Below are positions 40,241 to 52,640 of a stretch of DNA of 64,000 nt, piece by piece (the stretch's first letter is position 1; every line of letters starts with the position of its first letter). The stretch is from Candidatus Poribacteria bacterium (GTDB lineage: Bacteria > Poribacteria > WGA-4E > WGA-3G), in contig OZ251518.1 of NCBI GenBank assembly GCA_965242965.1, positions 3,424,001-3,488,000 of the forward strand. The letters run 5' to 3'. The position numbers and the translations under genes were made by a program. The notes beneath the pieces were generated by a model. It worked only from the letters and a program-made list of their open reading frames with translations, made no database searches and was not told the origin of the DNA.

Positions 40241-40400
40241 GAGGGTGTTTCACATCTCAATTCAACCTGTAGGAGAGACCTCCTGGTCTCGATGTGCCCG
40301 TAGCGCGGGGGCCTGTCCCCCGCGAGCGCCATCGTCAAGAGGATGTTTTAGGTCCTTTAGCACCTACATGTCTATAGAAAAACGTGCCGGTCCCTTTTCA
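40241..40400. repeat. truncated MITE left end plus REPs
   Basis: GAGGGTGTTTCACA followed by GTAG palindromes; no right end seen. Confidence 0.55.
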
Positions 40401-40437
40401 GGATAAATCGGTTCATTGAGTATCAAGACCGCCTGTG

Positions 40438-40983
40438 CTACGGGTCTAGATGCCGACGGGCTTCCGGAAACTGCTCGTAATACCCTTTTAAGAACTCTTC
40501 AAACTTTTTCTCTTCGGCTATGCTTCTTATGTAGTTGTCGCGCGTTTCTTTTGACAGGCGGAAGAAGATTTCGTTTTGTAAGTGGAGCCAGTCCTCATCG
40601 GAGAGTGCGTCTCCGTCAATTTCTTCTTCCAGGTTTCTGATGTGCTTGAAGGGTCTCGGCGCGTCCTCTGGCGGGATCACGCCGTCTTCATGCATCCACG
40701 CGGGTGGCCGTTCGCGTTTCTTCGCGACAGGCTGTTCCGGTCCGAGCGGCTCGGCCGCAACGTCCTCAACCTCAACAAGAGGTGTTGCAGGTCCGGTGTG
40801 TTCCGGGTGCGGCTCAGCACGCCACTCGTCACCATGCCAGTGCCCACCCGGCGCAGCCGTATCTGCCTCTATTTTCTCGATCTCCCGCTCCATCGCCTTT
40901 TGTTGCTGCACTTGTCGGTACCAGAGTGTGCCGCTGATAATGATTGCGATGAGTAGGATTCCGATTGTGATATTTTTTGACAT
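40438..40983 (-). CDS. hypothetical membrane-anchored protein
   Basis: AAGGAG SD, N-terminal TM, GGHWHGDEW motif. Confidence 0.65.
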   Translation of the reverse strand: MSKNITIGILLIAIIISGTLWYRQVQQQKAMEREIEKIEADTAAPGGHWHGDEWRAEPHPEHTGPATPLVEVEDVAAEPLGPEQPVAKKRERPPAWMHEDGVIPPEDAPRPFKHIRNLEEEIDGDALSDEDWLHLQNEIFFRLSKETRDNYIRSIAEEKKFEEFLKGYYEQFPEARRHLDP

Positions 40984-41114
40984 TGTTTTTCTCCTTTTCT
41001 TGTTTAGATATGAACTGCATGGCGAGGGACAGGCCCTCGCCCTACCTGAAGAGGCGGCGTTTTTTTCATCGTAGCGCGGGGCCCCAAGAGACCGGGCATG
41101 CCTCCGGTCCCACG

Positions 41115-42338
41115 TTATCGAACGCCTCGCGAACAACAAAAGAGCGGTGTAGCTTCGCTGCGGATGCAAAGATTCAATTCCTCTCTGGCCGCGTCAAGCC
41201 GCTTTTGCGCGCGTGCCACCGCCGCGTCTGCCTCCCTTCGTGCATCCCGGTGACGTTTCGCGCCGCCTACCCCGCCGCCTACCCCGCCGTTTATCACGCC
41301 GATGGCAAAACCGGTGATAGCACCGGCCGCAGTCCCCATCCCTGGAGCGACGCTACCTACGACGGCACCTATTCCCGCGCCCAAAATGCCATTCGCAACC
41401 ATACCTACAGTCATGTCGGTTGATATAGCACTCATATAGTCGCGCGCTCGGATGCTTTCACGATTCGCGTCTGCGGCGTTGATTTGTTCCGCTCTATGCG
41501 CCACCACGCGCAGATCGTAGCCGCAGGGACTTTCGTCATGGTGACGGTGTGCATGGTGATGATGTGCGTTCGCTTTGAAAACAGGGAGTTCGTTAAACTC
41601 CTTTCGTTCCCGCAGAATCACCTCTTTTTCAATCGCCAATTCACGTTTGACGATTTTATAGGCTTCGTAGGGGTTAAGGAGTTTCCGGGAGTTTCGATGA
41701 ACCAGTTCAGGTGTCGTCGTGTTGATGGACCGGTCGAGCGCATTAAAAAAGTCATCGACATCTTCCGCCGAATGGGTTTTCAAGGCTTCTCGCCGCGCAA
41801 ATTTCAGTTGTTCAGGTGACAGTAGTCCCCATGTCTTGAGCATGAGCGCGGTTTCGTCCTCGCTGGCAGCGAGACTGGCCACGGTATTGGCGCGGGATTT
41901 TTCGTAATAGGCAGTCTCCCTTTCATCGAGTCTCTTTCTCCGAATGAGCCAATGCTTAACCTCTTCGGGGATGTCGTCGGCATCTCTTATCTGTTCAGCT
42001 GTCCAGCCATAGAGGATGCCCCAATAGTTTTTCGGTGGCCCGGGCGCGTCGTAGAGCGCAAGGGCATCCGCTCCTTCAACAGTTTCAGTTTCGATCTTAT
42101 CCCCTGTTTCTGTCTCAAAAACCACCCTCGCATTCTTGAGTGCTTGCCTGCGTTCGTATTCGGCGACAACGGCAGCCCTATTTGTCCGCTTTATGACTTC
42201 AACTTCTTGTGCGTGTCTCTTTTCCTCGCGTGGCACCGTGACAAGATCCGTGCAAAGATAATTTGCCATCCCCGCAACGAAACTACAGATTGTGATGATG
42301 CGTATCACTGGGTTTTTCCAGAAGATGTTGAGAATCAT
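41115..42338 (-). CDS. hypothetical protein with His-rich linker and glycine-zipper segment
   Basis: N-terminal hydrophobic stretch, HHHHAHRHH, GILGAGIGAVVG...GVGGGVGG. Confidence 0.6.
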   Translation of the reverse strand: MILNIFWKNPVIRIITICSFVAGMANYLCTDLVTVPREEKRHAQEVEVIKRTNRAAVVAEYERRQALKNARVVFETETGDKIETETVEGADALALYDAPGPPKNYWGILYGWTAEQIRDADDIPEEVKHWLIRRKRLDERETAYYEKSRANTVASLAASEDETALMLKTWGLLSPEQLKFARREALKTHSAEDVDDFFNALDRSINTTTPELVHRNSRKLLNPYEAYKIVKRELAIEKEVILRERKEFNELPVFKANAHHHHAHRHHDESPCGYDLRVVAHRAEQINAADANRESIRARDYMSAISTDMTVGMVANGILGAGIGAVVGSVAPGMGTAAGAITGFAIGVINGGVGGGVGGAKRHRDARREADAAVARAQKRLDAAREELNLCIRSEATPLFCCSRGVR

Positions 42339-42356
42339 GACGCTATTTTCTCATAA

Positions 42357-43595
42357 CTACGTGTCCGATGCCAAATAGGGCGCGAGCGCAACCTCTACCG
42401 GATGCACCTTCGGAAACCATCCCACGATCTTCCGCAGCACTTCGTCTAATAAGACATCCGGACAGGAGGCACCAGCAGTGAGGACGATGTCTATGACGTT
42501 ATCAAAACCCGGCAACCAATTCTCCGTCACCTCCACCCGCTTTGTCTCCAGCACCAAATGTCGGATGCGCCTCGGATTCAGCAACTCCGTCGCATCTCGG
42601 ATAAAATAAGTCGGCAATTTTTGCGCACAGAGCTCCACCAGATGACTCGTATTAGAAGAATTATAGCCGCCGACAACCACAGCCACATCCCCACCTTCCG
42701 CAATCAGCGCGAGCGTCGCATCCTGATTCTCCTTCGTCGCATAGCAGAGCGTATCCTTAGTATCCGCAAAATGCGCCGTGAGATTCTCCTCACCGTAGCG
42801 CGCTGTAATCGCATCGCGCAGCAGATCAGCGATAGCCTGTGTCTCCGTCGCAAGCATCGTCGTCTGGTTCACAACCCCAATGCGCCTCAGATGCACATCC
42901 GGATGGAAACCCGGCGAATACCTGTCCACGAAGTTATCAAAGAAAAAGCGCGCGTCCGCCTCGCCACGAATCACCCCAGCCAACTTCTCCGCCTCCCCCA
43001 AATCCCGCACCACGACAACCGGTGCCTCCGCCTGCGCATGCGAAAACGTCGCACGCGTCTCCTCATGATACCGCTTACCGTGGACAACCACCGTGTAGTC
43101 CTGCCTGCCAATCTCTTGGCTCCGCTTCCAAACCTTCTCCACGAACGGACAAGTCGTATTGTAGGCAGAAAGTTTCACGCCGCGCGCCTGCAGTGCCGCC
43201 TCCACTTCTAACGTCGTCCCAAACGCCGGAACGATGACAACATCTGCCGGCGTTAACACATCAAACGGGAGTAACGGCTTGCCCTCCGTATCCGACAAGA
43301 ACTGCACACCGCGGTGCCGCAAATTCTCGTTCACACGCGGGTTATGGATGATTTCCGAGAGCAAGAAAATCCGTTTGTCCGGATTCTCTTCAAGAGCCTG
43401 ATAGGCTATCTCAACCGCATTCTCCACGCCGTAACAAAACCCGAAATGACGCGCAATCTTAAACCGCACCGGCCCGAAGTCCAGCACCGATGGCGACAAA
43501 TCGCGCTTACGCGCATCGCGATGCCGACGCGCCTCTTTCACAACCGAAATCACCGGACTCTGATAAAAATGAGGGAGATTAAACGTTCTTGGCAT
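42357..43595 (-). CDS. ispH: 4-hydroxy-3-methylbut-2-enyl diphosphate reductase
   Basis: FGFCYGVENA, IIHNP, TTCPFV, NQTTM, DTLCYAT, VGGYNSSNT, TAGASCPD. Confidence 0.95.
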   Translation of the reverse strand: MPRTFNLPHFYQSPVISVVKEARRHRDARKRDLSPSVLDFGPVRFKIARHFGFCYGVENAVEIAYQALEENPDKRIFLLSEIIHNPRVNENLRHRGVQFLSDTEGKPLLPFDVLTPADVVIVPAFGTTLEVEAALQARGVKLSAYNTTCPFVEKVWKRSQEIGRQDYTVVVHGKRYHEETRATFSHAQAEAPVVVVRDLGEAEKLAGVIRGEADARFFFDNFVDRYSPGFHPDVHLRRIGVVNQTTMLATETQAIADLLRDAITARYGEENLTAHFADTKDTLCYATKENQDATLALIAEGGDVAVVVGGYNSSNTSHLVELCAQKLPTYFIRDATELLNPRRIRHLVLETKRVEVTENWLPGFDNVIDIVLTAGASCPDVLLDEVLRKIVGWFPKVHPVEVALAPYLASDT

Positions 43596-43613
43596 TCTTT
43601 ATCTCATCTAAAC

Positions 43614-43797
43614 GAGGGTGTTTCATAACTCCGTTTCGGTATCTATCCCCTTGGGGGATGGGCGAATACCGATAAAAAAAGGCATTGGGCCCACCTCTGT
43701 AGTTCGAGATCGCCCGATCTCGAACGGTTCAGGATCAGGCGATCCTGAACTACAGGGGGGATGCAGTCTGACAGCCAAACGCGATCTCAAAAGCCGC
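43614..43797. mobile_element. MITE-like element with eroded right end, 8-bp TSD ATCTAAAC
   Basis: Left end GAGGGTGTTTCATAA; ATCTAAAC at 43606-43613 and 43798-43805. Confidence 0.6.
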
Positions 43798-43799
43798 AT

Positions 43800-45221
43800 C
43801 TAAACCGTATCTCCGATGTCGTTTTCCACCAAACCCCAATCCGGTTCCGCCTCCGGATCCCCAAGGGCACCATAGGCATTACGCACAACGCGACGTTGCG
43901 CATCAAACCAATCCGTATACTGCGTCGCCGGTTGCAAAGTGTCGTTTCGGGCCGCCATTAATCGCGCGAGCTCCCCTTCCAATTCAGCCGCCAATGGCTG
44001 TGTTTCAGGGCACTCTATCAGATTCGTCAATTGCAACGGATCCGCCGCAATATCATACAGCACCCGTTTTCCATCAAGCCACCGCGCATAACTGTGCGTC
44101 TTCGTGCGCACGCCGCGCCATTCGTCGCCATCGACAAGATAATCGTAAGTCGCCCCGAAATTCATCGTCAAGACAGCCTCCTGCTCCATTGCCCCCGTTT
44201 CCCCGCGCCACGATGCAGACACATCAAAACCCTCCACCGTCCGTGGCGGCTGAATACCGCAGAGCCCACAGAGCGACGGAAACAAATCTACCGGAGAAGT
44301 CAGCGTTTCACATGTCCGGCCGCCCTCAAACACCCCGGGCAACCGCATGATGAGCGGCACCTTGATAGACTCCTCGTAAGGCTGCTTCTTCGCCCAGAAG
44401 TGATGCCCCTGCGCGCCGCCCTGCGTCCCGTGGTCTGCCCCAAAAACAAGCAACGTATTCTCCACGCGCCCGGTCCGCTCCAGATACGCCATCAACTCGC
44501 CGAGCATGTCATCGACAGCCAAAATCATCGCCAGATAATGCCGATAGAGCCCCACCGACACCTCCCGAAGTGCATCCGGAACGTTCGCCGGCAGATGCAG
44601 TGCCGCAGGAAGTCTATCGTAATACGCCAGCGGCGCAAACTCATAAGGCGTGAAATGCGCCTGATGCGGCGAGAGAAACAAGCAAAACGGCGTATCCTCG
44701 TCCACGCCGTCCATAAACTCAAAAGCATAACGGTTGAGCGCGTCTGTCTCATAGCCATCCCAGCGTTCGTTACGCCAGCCGTCAAGATTCACCTTTCCAT
44801 TGAAATAATCCGTATGGAAATTATAGCCGCGCCAATGCTCAAAACCGAGCCGGTCGCGCCCTTCCGGCACGTAGTCCCCACCGCCGATTTCCGGAAACGA
44901 ACCCGTGTGCAGATGCCACTTGCCAATCCACGCCGTCCGATAGCCGTTGCCGCGGAACACATCCCCAATGCCGATTTCATCGTGCCGGGTCTTCACGAAA
45001 TTAATCAGATGCCCCGTCGTTTGCGGATGCCGGCCCGTCAGCAGCATCGAACGGTAAGGCGTGCAGACCGGCACCGTCGCAATCGCATTGGAAAAGACGG
45101 TGCCTTGCCGAGCCAGCCTGTCAATGTTCGGTGTCTCAATCTGTTTCTCGCCGTAGACAGGGAGAGAACACGCCCGCACCTGGTCTGCCAGTAAATAGAC
45201 AATGTTCGGCGTTTGCTGCAT
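43800..45221 (-). CDS. sulfatase (Cys-type, formylglycine-dependent)
   Basis: PNIVYLLADQ, TPNIDRLA, CTPYRSMLLTGR, GKWHL, DHG; GGAGGA before ATG 45221. Confidence 0.9.
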   Translation of the reverse strand: MQQTPNIVYLLADQVRACSLPVYGEKQIETPNIDRLARQGTVFSNAIATVPVCTPYRSMLLTGRHPQTTGHLINFVKTRHDEIGIGDVFRGNGYRTAWIGKWHLHTGSFPEIGGGDYVPEGRDRLGFEHWRGYNFHTDYFNGKVNLDGWRNERWDGYETDALNRYAFEFMDGVDEDTPFCLFLSPHQAHFTPYEFAPLAYYDRLPAALHLPANVPDALREVSVGLYRHYLAMILAVDDMLGELMAYLERTGRVENTLLVFGADHGTQGGAQGHHFWAKKQPYEESIKVPLIMRLPGVFEGGRTCETLTSPVDLFPSLCGLCGIQPPRTVEGFDVSASWRGETGAMEQEAVLTMNFGATYDYLVDGDEWRGVRTKTHSYARWLDGKRVLYDIAADPLQLTNLIECPETQPLAAELEGELARLMAARNDTLQPATQYTDWFDAQRRVVRNAYGALGDPEAEPDWGLVENDIGDTV

Positions 45222-45424
45222 GCTGTTTTCCTCCGCTACGCACTGATGACTTTGCGGCCCTTCGCCCGTCTGCGCGCGATAGTTTTTCTGCCCAACCGTG
45301 TGGACATCCGCTTCCGGAAACCCATCTTGTTCTTCCGTTTCCGCCGATGCGGTTGATAAGTTCGCTTCATAAGTCACATTCCTTTCTAGTTGTGAGAATT
45401 CATTTCATAAGATGCTATTAAGAA

Positions 45425-45453
45425 ATTATACCCTATTTTTCCTAATTTGTCAA
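45425..45453 (-). promoter_or_regulatory. consensus sigma70 promoter (sulfatase)
   Basis: TTGACA-17 bp-TATAAT on the minus strand. Confidence 0.75.
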
Positions 45454-45490
45454 ATTTTTTTATGAATTTGGCGCGAGAAGATTTTTCTTC

Positions 45491-45605
45491 TTGACAAAAT
45501 ATCGGTTTTTATGCATAATAGAGACATGCAAATTGTCCATCAATTTCGCGGACAAAAAATGTCTACGAAATGTTATTTGCTATTCTTTGAGAAAAATGAT
45601 ATAAT
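45491..45605 (+). promoter_or_regulatory. dnaA promoter candidates
   Basis: TTGACA-17 bp-CATAAT (45491-45519) and a second extended -10 TGaTATAAT ending at 45605. Confidence 0.55.
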
Positions 45606-45610
45606 TAAAT

Positions 45611-45904
45611 GAGAGTGTTTCATATTTCGATGCGTTCGGTAGGAAAAACCTCGGGGCTCAATTTCCGGTAGGAGAGACCTCCTGGTCTCGATGTGCCCGT
45701 AGCGCGGGGCCCCTCGGATGCCACACGCGCATCCGAGCGGGTTTCACCCGCGCGCGTTGGAGTGCACAGACGATGGCGAGGGACAGGCCCTCGCCCTACG
45801 ATGAAGGGGCAGCGTTTTTTTCACCGGCGCGCGGGGCCCTCGGATGCCACACGCGCACCCGAGCGGGTTTCACCGCAACGTTGCGCGATTTATGAAACAC
45901 CCTC
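45611..45904. mobile_element. MITE-like element with REP cargo, 8-bp TSD AATTAAAT
   Basis: GAGAGTGTTTCATA...TATGAAACACCCTC flanked by AATTAAAT at 45603-45610 and 45905-45912. Confidence 0.75.
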
Positions 45905-45940
45905 AATTAAATCTCAGGCACAATTGTAGGATATAGGCTC

Positions 45941-47302
45941 ATGCGGGAACGAACCCTTGATGAACTCTGGTCAGAAATATTCGCAGCGTTAGACGAAGCG
46001 GCTCAACACGATGTCTATCTGCGGCAAGCGACACCTCTCTCCTTGACAGCGGATGCGTTGACACTCGCGGTCCCGTCCGCGTTCGCCCAGGCCCGGATTG
46101 AGGAGCGGTTTCGCGCCGATATCCATCGGGCGTTAGCCGAGCACTTCGGCAATCCCGCGTGCACCCTCGCTTTTACCGTTGCACCGGCAGGTGAAACGGC
46201 GGATGCACCGGATGCACCTGCACAGGAGGCTACCGCGGACTCAACGCAACCGCCACACGGCCAGAGCGGGTTGAACCCCAACTACGTCTTCGACCGGTTT
46301 GTTGTCGGCTCCAGCAACCGCGTCTGCCACGCCACCGCCCTCGCCGTCTCCGAAAACCCCGGCGGCGACTATAATCCGCTCTTCATCTACGGCGGTGTCG
46401 GCCTCGGCAAAACACACCTCCTTCACGCCATCGGCAACCGCTTCTCGCACCGCCGACCGGAGAAGAAGGTGCTTTACGTCACCTCCGAAACGTTCATGAA
46501 CGAATACGTCGAATCCATTGTCAACCGCACCGCCGCGCAGGGATTCCGAACCAAATACCGCAAAGTCGATATGCTCCTCATCGACGACATTCAATTCCTA
46601 CAACGCAAAGAGGGCACACAAGAGGAGTTCTTTAACACCTTCAACGAACTGCACATGAACTCTAACCAGATTGTCATGAGCAGCGACCGGCCCCCGGACA
46701 CCCTTGAAACCCTCGAAGAACGATTACAGTCCCGCTTTGGATGGGGGATGGTAGCCGAGATTGACAGACCGCAATACGAAATGCGCGTCGCCATCCTCCT
46801 CCAGAAATGCCAAGACCAGGGGTTAGACAACATCGACGATGAAGTGCTGAGCTACATCGCCGAGGTAGTCACCACTAACATTCGCGAACTCGAAGGCACG
46901 CTCATCCGCCTCATCGCGCAAGCCACGATTATGAAAGAGGACATCAGCCTCGCCTTCGCGCGAAGCGTGTTGAGCGAGGCATCCACCGCACCCGCCTCAC
47001 TCACACCCGCGCCCCGAACCATCACCGCCGAAGGCGTTCAAAAAGTCGTCGCCGAACACTTCGGTGTCACACTCACAGATTTGCTCTCGCCCAAGCGGAC
47101 GAGAGCCCTCGCCCTCGCCCGGCGAACCGCCATGTATCTGTGCCGCGAATTGACACCCCTGTCACTCACCAGCATCGCCGAGGTGTTCCAACGGCGGGAC
47201 CACACCACCGTCATGAACGCTTGCCGACAGATGGAGAAGGCACTTGATAGTGAGGAGGAACTGAAACAAATCGTTGACATACTACGCCGACAACTCCGAT
47301 AA
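45941..47302 (+). CDS. dnaA: chromosomal replication initiator
   Basis: LNPNYVFDRFVVGSSN, YNPLFIYGGVGLGKTHL, LLIDDIQFL, TQEEFF, NIRELEG, RDHTTV. Confidence 0.97.
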   Translation: MRERTLDELWSEIFAALDEAAQHDVYLRQATPLSLTADALTLAVPSAFAQARIEERFRADIHRALAEHFGNPACTLAFTVAPAGETADAPDAPAQEATADSTQPPHGQSGLNPNYVFDRFVVGSSNRVCHATALAVSENPGGDYNPLFIYGGVGLGKTHLLHAIGNRFSHRRPEKKVLYVTSETFMNEYVESIVNRTAAQGFRTKYRKVDMLLIDDIQFLQRKEGTQEEFFNTFNELHMNSNQIVMSSDRPPDTLETLEERLQSRFGWGMVAEIDRPQYEMRVAILLQKCQDQGLDNIDDEVLSYIAEVVTTNIRELEGTLIRLIAQATIMKEDISLAFARSVLSEASTAPASLTPAPRTITAEGVQKVVAEHFGVTLTDLLSPKRTRALALARRTAMYLCRELTPLSLTSIAEVFQRRDHTTVMNACRQMEKALDSEEELKQIVDILRRQLR

Positions 47303-47339
47303 TGGAAAACACGAACGTCTCTCTCCGTAATGTCCATAT

Positions 47340-47660
47340 CGACGTTGTCCACTACATGAGGAAGTGAGAAATCGGCAAAAATGTGTATGTCTATAACCTG
47401 TGCATAACCTGTGCATAACTCTGTTAACTCCCTGTGCATAACTTGTGCATAACTTGTGCATAACTTGTTTATATCAGGGGGATGTTGATAACCTGTGGAT
47501 AACTCAAAAAGTTATGCACAGGTTATCAACAGCGATTTTGCCGAATGTATCAGGGGTTTAAGCGAGTTATGCACTTATGCACATCCCCTACTACTACTAC
47601 TAAGTACAATTTATATATTAATTGTAATTAGTACTAATAATAGACATGTGCATAACTTCA
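47340..47660. other. oriC: DnaA-box array, DnaA-trios and AT-rich unwinding element
   Basis: Boxes at 47399, 47410, 47433, 47444, 47455, 47483, 47494, 47512, 47523, 47567, 47575 and 47647; CCCC(TAC)4TAA at 47585-47603, then AT-rich DNA. Confidence 0.92.
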
Positions 47661-47714
47661 TCATTTTAGGAATTGACGATTGATCAGGAATTGCAGGTTG
47701 GAGCTCAGAAACAG

Positions 47715-49016
47715 TTGAAACTCACAAACCTCGTCTTACGCAACTTTCGGAACTATACCGCGTGTGACATCGGTTTTCCGCGGCAGGTGACGCTGATTCT
47801 CGGCGGGAACGCACAAGGGAAAACGAGTCTGTTGGAAGCCATCTATTTCCTCTGCACCGCCGAATCGCATCGCGCGTCGCCGGACGCAGAACTGATTCGG
47901 TATCATGCCGAGGGCTTCTATCTCAAGGGACTCCTAAACCCTAACGGCGATGAAAACGAAAACGCCGATGAGGTGTCCCTGTGCCTCGAAGCCACCAAAT
48001 GGGCAGCCGGACAGTTCAAACTCAAAAAGAACGGTGTGCTACAGACAAAACGCTCGGCGTGGCTTGGACAATTCAACGTCGTCTTTTTCGCACCGGAGTC
48101 ACTCACGCTGGTGAAAGGCGCGCCGATGGAACGCCGGCGATTCCTCGATCTGCTCATCTCGCAGGTAGACAAAAACTACCTGTCCGATTTGCAAGCCTAT
48201 CGCGGCGTTCTCAAACAGCGGAATGAACTGCTCAAACAGTTTCGCACCCAGAGCCGTAGTCGCGGCGGCCGCCGAGAGACAGCGCAACTCGGCGTGTGGG
48301 ACGAACTGCTCGTTGAAAGCGGCACCGCGATTATTGTCAAACGCCTAGAGGTGCTACAACAACTGAAACGTTACGCCTTACAAAAACAGATGTCACTCAC
48401 AGGCGGACGCGAAACGCTCATCTTGACATATCAGCCCGCATGGCAGCCAGCGACGAAGCCAGTTGACATTGACAGTGACAGTGACGACGACGAAGCCGCT
48501 AGGACCACGGTTTCCCCGTATACGGCGAATTCGGAGACGCGAGAAAAGCGATGCACCGCCATGAAAAACAGCGCGCAAGTTTGCACCACATTCCGCGAGA
48601 CATTACACCAGGCTCGTGAGACAGACTTACGCCGCGGCACGACTACCGTCGGCCCGCATCGTGACGATGTCCTCATGGAATTAGAGACAGAACGCCAGGG
48701 GTTTCTCATCCGAGAACGCGCGCGCGCCTACGGCTCGCAAGGACAGCAACGCACCATCGCACTCGCACTCAAATTAGCAGAAGTCGAACTCATTCGCCAG
48801 ACGACCGGCACGCCACCGCTCGTCCTGTTAGACGATGTCGTCTCCGAACTTGATGAGAAGCGGACGGTGTTCCTGTTAGATGTCCTCCAACAGGTGAACG
48901 CGCAGACGTTTATCACCGCCACGCAGCAAGCAAGCCTCTTGAACTATCTTGAGCGGCCCGCCGTTTTCACCGTCGAGAACGGACAGGTTTTTTGTTGTTC
49001 GCAAGGCGTTCGATAA
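47715..49016 (+). CDS. recF: DNA replication/repair protein RecF
   Basis: LRNFRNY, GGNAQGKTSLLEAI, FAPE, RRRFLD, GPHRDD, GSQGQQR, LLDDVVSELD; TTG start inferred. Confidence 0.95.
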   Translation: MKLTNLVLRNFRNYTACDIGFPRQVTLILGGNAQGKTSLLEAIYFLCTAESHRASPDAELIRYHAEGFYLKGLLNPNGDENENADEVSLCLEATKWAAGQFKLKKNGVLQTKRSAWLGQFNVVFFAPESLTLVKGAPMERRRFLDLLISQVDKNYLSDLQAYRGVLKQRNELLKQFRTQSRSRGGRRETAQLGVWDELLVESGTAIIVKRLEVLQQLKRYALQKQMSLTGGRETLILTYQPAWQPATKPVDIDSDSDDDEAARTTVSPYTANSETREKRCTAMKNSAQVCTTFRETLHQARETDLRRGTTTVGPHRDDVLMELETERQGFLIRERARAYGSQGQQRTIALALKLAEVELIRQTTGTPPLVLLDDVVSELDEKRTVFLLDVLQQVNAQTFITATQQASLLNYLERPAVFTVENGQVFCCSQGVR

Positions 49017-49112
49017 CGTGGGTTGGTGCACGAACGTCTTTCTACGTAGATGCGCAATCAACGTTGTTGATTGCTTGTGGTCTGGTGCTAATTCTTGTCA
49101 CTGGAGGTTATC

Positions 49113-49643
49113 GTGTCGCGAACAACAAAAAACACAAAAAACACTGGAAACACAAAGAACGTTAACGAGGTGCTCACCACAATTGTCCGTCAACGACACT
49201 TTGAGGACAAGTTACACGAACAGAAAGTCTTTTCACTCTGGCGCGACGTTGTCGGCGAAGCACTCGCCAACCACGCGCGCCCGACATCGCTTTCAGCCGG
49301 TATCCTCACCGTCTGGACAGAGCATCCCGCCTATCAGACGGAGTTATCACTACTCCAGATGAAGATTCTGGCGGAACTGAACGCCCAGCTCGGACATACC
49401 GTCGTCAAGACGCTGCGGCTTGAACTGCGCCCGGGACAAGTGTCAGGGCCTGCTTTGAGAGAGGGCGCAACCTTGACGAAGCAGAATTCTCAAAACAGAA
49501 TGCCGCGGCCGAAACGCGCATTAACGGCCGAGACGCTAACGCAAGTTGAACTCTCTGTCGCTGGCATCACAGATGAAGCATTGAAGGATGCATTGCGGCG
49601 ACTCTTTGTGACGCAGTGTCAAGAAGAAGAATCGCCGCGCTAA
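49113..49643 (+). CDS. dciA: DUF721/DciA-family protein
   Basis: W..VVG..LA.HARP....G.L.V.......EL.L...IL..LN; canonical position between recF and gyrB; GGAGG before GTG. Confidence 0.75.
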   Translation: MSRTTKNTKNTGNTKNVNEVLTTIVRQRHFEDKLHEQKVFSLWRDVVGEALANHARPTSLSAGILTVWTEHPAYQTELSLLQMKILAELNAQLGHTVVKTLRLELRPGQVSGPALREGATLTKQNSQNRMPRPKRALTAETLTQVELSVAGITDEALKDALRRLFVTQCQEEESPR

Positions 49644-49756
49644 CACTACGCTAACACCAGCGGATAGAGACATCCGACAGAAGAACTGGGCAGCAGGGCG
49701 CAGTTTTCCACGTTTTTCCACTACCTGTCAGATAGTGATAAGGTAAAATATACTAA

Positions 49757-52336
<2,580 letters not shown>

Positions 52337-52468
52337 TCGTTCGCAAGGCGTTCGGCGTGAGTGCTTGGTGTGATAACGTCTCTCTACGTAAGCCGTCATT
52401 GACGTTGTCAATGACTCGGTTTTTGATAGACGTTCTTGCACCAGCACTGCCTATTGAACGCTTTGCAA

Positions 52469-52628
52469 GGAGCAGGATTTACAAGATTGAGCAGGATTTG
52501 CACGATTTCCAGGATTTCACAGGATTAGGTTTCCGATTAACCGAGAACGTCTTGAATATCCCCACGGTTTAGGTGCATCAGAGACCTGAATCTTGCTAAT
52601 CTTGATAAATCGTGAAAATCCTGCTCAA
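52469..52628. repeat. 9-bp-unit inverted array element
   Basis: CAGGATT/CAAGATT/CACGATT arm, spacer, AATCTTG/AATCCTG arm. Confidence 0.75.
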
Positions 52629-52640
52629 AAAGGAGGAAAA

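Noticed and set aside
49700-49722. Two TTTTCCAC(G/T) DnaA-box-like sequences upstream of gyrB
   Set aside because: Two mismatches each and unlike the local TTATGCACA consensus; too weak to call.
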